Positions 61,135 to 64,000 of a DNA stretch of 64,000 nt are shown in pieces. The translations under genes were made by a program, and so were the position numbers. Source of the stretch: Flectonema sp. DT1601. Its lineage: Eukaryota. The notes under the pieces were generated by a model. That model was given only the letters and a program-made list of their open reading frames with translations, made no database searches and was not told the origin of the DNA. Position 1 is the first letter of the stretch, and every line of letters starts with the position of its first letter. The DNA is taken from NCBI GenBank assembly GCA_964019425.1, contig OZ025803.1, forward strand, positions 1,054,001 to 1,118,000. The letters run 5' to 3'.

Positions 61135-62043
61135 ATGCCTCCGAAGAACAGGAAATCCATCGCTGGAGGGGAAGCAGCTGCTGCCGCTGCTGCCGAGGCA
61201 GCTGCTCTGGCAGTTCCCGAAGTGAAGTGTTCGCTTCTTAACGTTCAATACATAACAGATATTGTGAGGTTAACAAAATCCGGTGACCTGAAGGCGGCGA
61301 TGAAACTGATCGGAGACAGCGAGGAAGTGGCGCTACCCGACTATGAGATATGCCTCAAGAGCTCTATTGCTGTTGACATGTGGTTTGGTCACATCTCTTT
61401 TGCAATGGAGAGAGATTGGAAGCCAGCGACTTGTACTATTTTCATAGGCGACATGTTAACTTTGTTCGATATTCTAAGGTCTGAAGATCTCTGTGAGCTT
61501 AAAATAAAACTTCGTCAGATAATAAATTATCATTCAAAAGACCTAAAGAGTGAAGCGTCACCTGCCTTCACACAAGATGATCTTGCAGCGATTGCCAAAT
61601 ACATAACATCTGGAATGATTCAGCACTTCTCGTTGTACATAAAATCCTTGTCATCACCCAGACAGTTACCAACTACAGAGTATATGTCTGTCGTTATTAA
61701 TCAAGCAGCTATCCCAATGCCATTATCAGCAGCAGTTGGAGACAGTGATGCTAATTTGATGGATAAGAAAACTAAGGAATTCAATGTACATCTGACTGAA
61801 ATCAGAGAGGCTGAGGACGCTCTCCGTCAAGAAGCCCTTCTCCAACTGCAAAAAGAGAAGGAGGCTTCCGACAAACAACGGGAAGAAGAAGAAATGGAAG
61901 CAGCAACAGCTGTTGAAGCTGCCAGAGAAGACACCACTGAACTACTGAGGGAAATGCAGACAGAAGTTCAGCAGAATTTGATGGAAAGACAGCAGCGACT
62001 TTTAGAAAGACTAGAAATGCTTGAGAGACCTCCTGAGAGCTGA
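61135..62043 (+). CDS. CLAMP-domain flagellar protein (CFAP119/CABCOCO1-like)
   Basis: FTQDDLAAIAKYITSGMIQHFSLY resembles the CLAMP signature; C-terminal coiled coil; ATG follows a pyrimidine-AG acceptor. Confidence 0.65.
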   Translation: MPPKNRKSIAGGEAAAAAAAEAAALAVPEVKCSLLNVQYITDIVRLTKSGDLKAAMKLIGDSEEVALPDYEICLKSSIAVDMWFGHISFAMERDWKPATCTIFIGDMLTLFDILRSEDLCELKIKLRQIINYHSKDLKSEASPAFTQDDLAAIAKYITSGMIQHFSLYIKSLSSPRQLPTTEYMSVVINQAAIPMPLSAAVGDSDANLMDKKTKEFNVHLTEIREAEDALRQEALLQLQKEKEASDKQREEEEMEAATAVEAAREDTTELLREMQTEVQQNLMERQQRLLERLEMLERPPES

Positions 62044-62564
62044 TTCCTTGCAAAAGGAAAGTCTAATCGTTTCTAATCATCGACGTTGATGACCGCGCGG
62101 TCTCTATTTCATAATCTGAACTGACGAGTTAATTGTTTCGTTCTTATGATGAGAACCACACAGTATTCGACTTGTACAGTTCATTCCTACTGCAGCACTG
62201 AAATATTGTGCGGACTTTGTCAGGTTGATCACCTGTCGGTGATGTTGAGTAAGTACCTTTTGAGAAATATATATTTATCATTCCTCAGATTTGGTTGAAA
62301 ATGGGAAATCAGACGGGTGCTGCGCGTGTTAAAAGAAGTTGACTACCACTGTTGATTAGTTAGTAATTAATTTAATTATTTCATCAGGTTGTGGCTACAG
62401 ATCAACTAATTCCCTTGTGTGTCAACAGCTACTATTCATCTTCTGGTTAATATCTAATGTGTTACAGAACACTAAATCTATGAAGTCACTCGTAGCTACT
62501 GAAACTCTTCATACAATCTGAGCGTCATAGTCTCGAGGGAGGGGGGGAGACAATCCCATTTGGA

Positions 62565-62610
62565 TAAGTAAAGTAAAGTGAAGTAAAGTAAAGTAAAGTG
62601 AAGTGAAGTG
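62565..62610. repeat. (AAGTA/AAGTG)n microsatellite
   Basis: Read directly from the sequence. Confidence 0.9.
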
Positions 62611-62675
62611 GGACGTATCGTAACTCGTCTGTGCCGTCCCTCAGAATCTTTAAAAGAAAAAAATAAATAAATTAA

Positions 62676-63317
62676 ATGACAACAACAACAATAGCAACGG
62701 TGAGTACTTTTAGTGTTCTCTTAGCAGTCGTCATGTTAGTTGGGAAGTTGGGGGATTCACTTGGTCCGCTATTTATATCATCACATCCAATACAGCTACT
62801 GATACTGAATGCGAATGACATCCACTGTCTAGGAACCGCATTATTAGTAGAACCTAAGACATGGTTTGTGACCTGCGCAGTGAGGAGAATGATCGAAGAT
62901 CCACTTTTCTACGCATTCGGTTATCAACATGGTGAGCAGGCTGTGGAATATCTTTCTCTTTACGTCCCAGCAATCCATAAAGCTAAAAGTATTATCCGCA
63001 AAGTGAGTTACTTCGCTGTTATGTTAGACCCAGGAATGGTTGTTTGTCTATTTGCCGGATGTATGAAGATGAGTCCTTATCTATTCTGGTCGCTTAACTT
63101 CACTGGAACAGCTCTTCGATTACTTGGAATCTATCACTTAGCGCAGTCTTTCCCAGATCATATTAACTCCGCTTTGATGGTTATAAAAGATTATCAAATA
63201 GTGGTCGCGTTATTTCTTTGTGGATACGTCGCTATTAGAGTTGTGTTAGAATACCCTGCGGTGATCAACTTAGTGCTCGGTAGGGGTAACAGGAAAGTAA
63301 GAGAAGCAGATAAATAG
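62676..63317 (+). CDS. DedA/VTT-like membrane protein
   Basis: Hydrophobic helices; DPLFYAFG and AGCMKMSPYLFWSLNFTG resemble the DedA fold. Confidence 0.65.
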   Translation: MTTTTIATVSTFSVLLAVVMLVGKLGDSLGPLFISSHPIQLLILNANDIHCLGTALLVEPKTWFVTCAVRRMIEDPLFYAFGYQHGEQAVEYLSLYVPAIHKAKSIIRKVSYFAVMLDPGMVVCLFAGCMKMSPYLFWSLNFTGTALRLLGIYHLAQSFPDHINSALMVIKDYQIVVALFLCGYVAIRVVLEYPAVINLVLGRGNRKVREADK

Positions 63318-63431
63318 CAAATTACTGTTCCATTCGTGTAAGTTAGAATTAATAAACACTTGTTAACACTAATAAATTACCATAAACCAGGCGTTGTGTT
63401 AGTTTACTTCTCTACAGAGAATAACAACAAC

Positions 63432-63887
63432 ATGTCATACAGCGGTAAGGTCGTACGTTGGAACAGTCGTGGGTTCGGGTTCATTCAGTGCAATGACTTC
63501 GATGAGGATCTGTTCGTTCACTTTTCTGCATTTGGAGGAGGTGATCTGACTGAGGGAGAGACCGTCACTTTCGATGTTGAGGACGATCCAAAGACTGGTA
63601 AGAAGAGATGTACCGCCGTTGAAGGTCCAGCTATCAACCGTGAACGTCCACCAGCAAGCAGAGGTGGAGGTGGTAGAGACAGATACGACTCCAGAGACCG
63701 CAGAGGTGGAGGTGGAGGCAGAGATGGAGGCAGAGATAGGTACGACTCAAGAGATAGATACGAGCGTAGAGGAGGAGGTGGAGGTGGAGGCAGATACGAC
63801 TCAAGAGACAGGTACGAACGCAGAGGAGGAGGTGGAGGAGGAGGTAGAGACAGATACGACTCCAGAGATAGATACGACCGCAGGTAA
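63432..63887 (+). CDS. Cold-shock domain RNA-binding protein with RG/RDRYDS repeats (3' end may be spliced)
   Basis: GKVVRWNSRGFGFI...DLFVHFS; CAG|GTAAGT at the end. Confidence 0.93.
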   Translation: MSYSGKVVRWNSRGFGFIQCNDFDEDLFVHFSAFGGGDLTEGETVTFDVEDDPKTGKKRCTAVEGPAINRERPPASRGGGGRDRYDSRDRRGGGGGRDGGRDRYDSRDRYERRGGGGGGGRYDSRDRYERRGGGGGGGRDRYDSRDRYDRR

Positions 63888-64000
63888 GTATTAATAATTG
63901 ATGAAGAGTATTGCTGCAAACAATGCGACGGAAAAATATAAAACAGGTAAACCCGACATCTCGCAGTAAAAAAAAAAAGGAGCTTTCAGCTTTTTTTATC

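Overview
Eukaryotic genomic DNA, most likely a euglenozoan with cis-introns such as a diplonemid. This is an inference from a paraflagellar-rod-family gene, a cruzipain-like protease, strictly unidirectional + strand protein genes and short GT-AG introns. The window has two parts. 1-29.3 kb is repeat-dense. It holds an apparently intact tyrosine-recombinase retrotransposon (gag, YR, RT/RNase H in VIPER/TATE order, split direct repeats, 6088-11435), a palindrome-rich satellite and a dispersed CpG-depleted repeat family (called R1 here). It also contains piggyBac, Tc1/mariner-MITE and MULE-like elements, an LSU rRNA fragment and a candidate rearranged hammerhead ribozyme. 29.4-64 kb is a + strand gene cluster: acyl-CoA dehydrogenase, a PDZ-like protein, two cathepsin-L-like proteases interleaved with three 46-48 aa microprotein genes, a PFR-family protein, eIF4E, MAPK, an FHA-MAP3K, a coiled-coil protein, fibrillarin, a CLAMP-domain protein, a DedA-like protein and a cold-shock protein, plus tRNA-Asn on the minus strand. 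All family calls come from motif recognition by eye; no database searches were run, and homopolymer lengths may include sequencing error.
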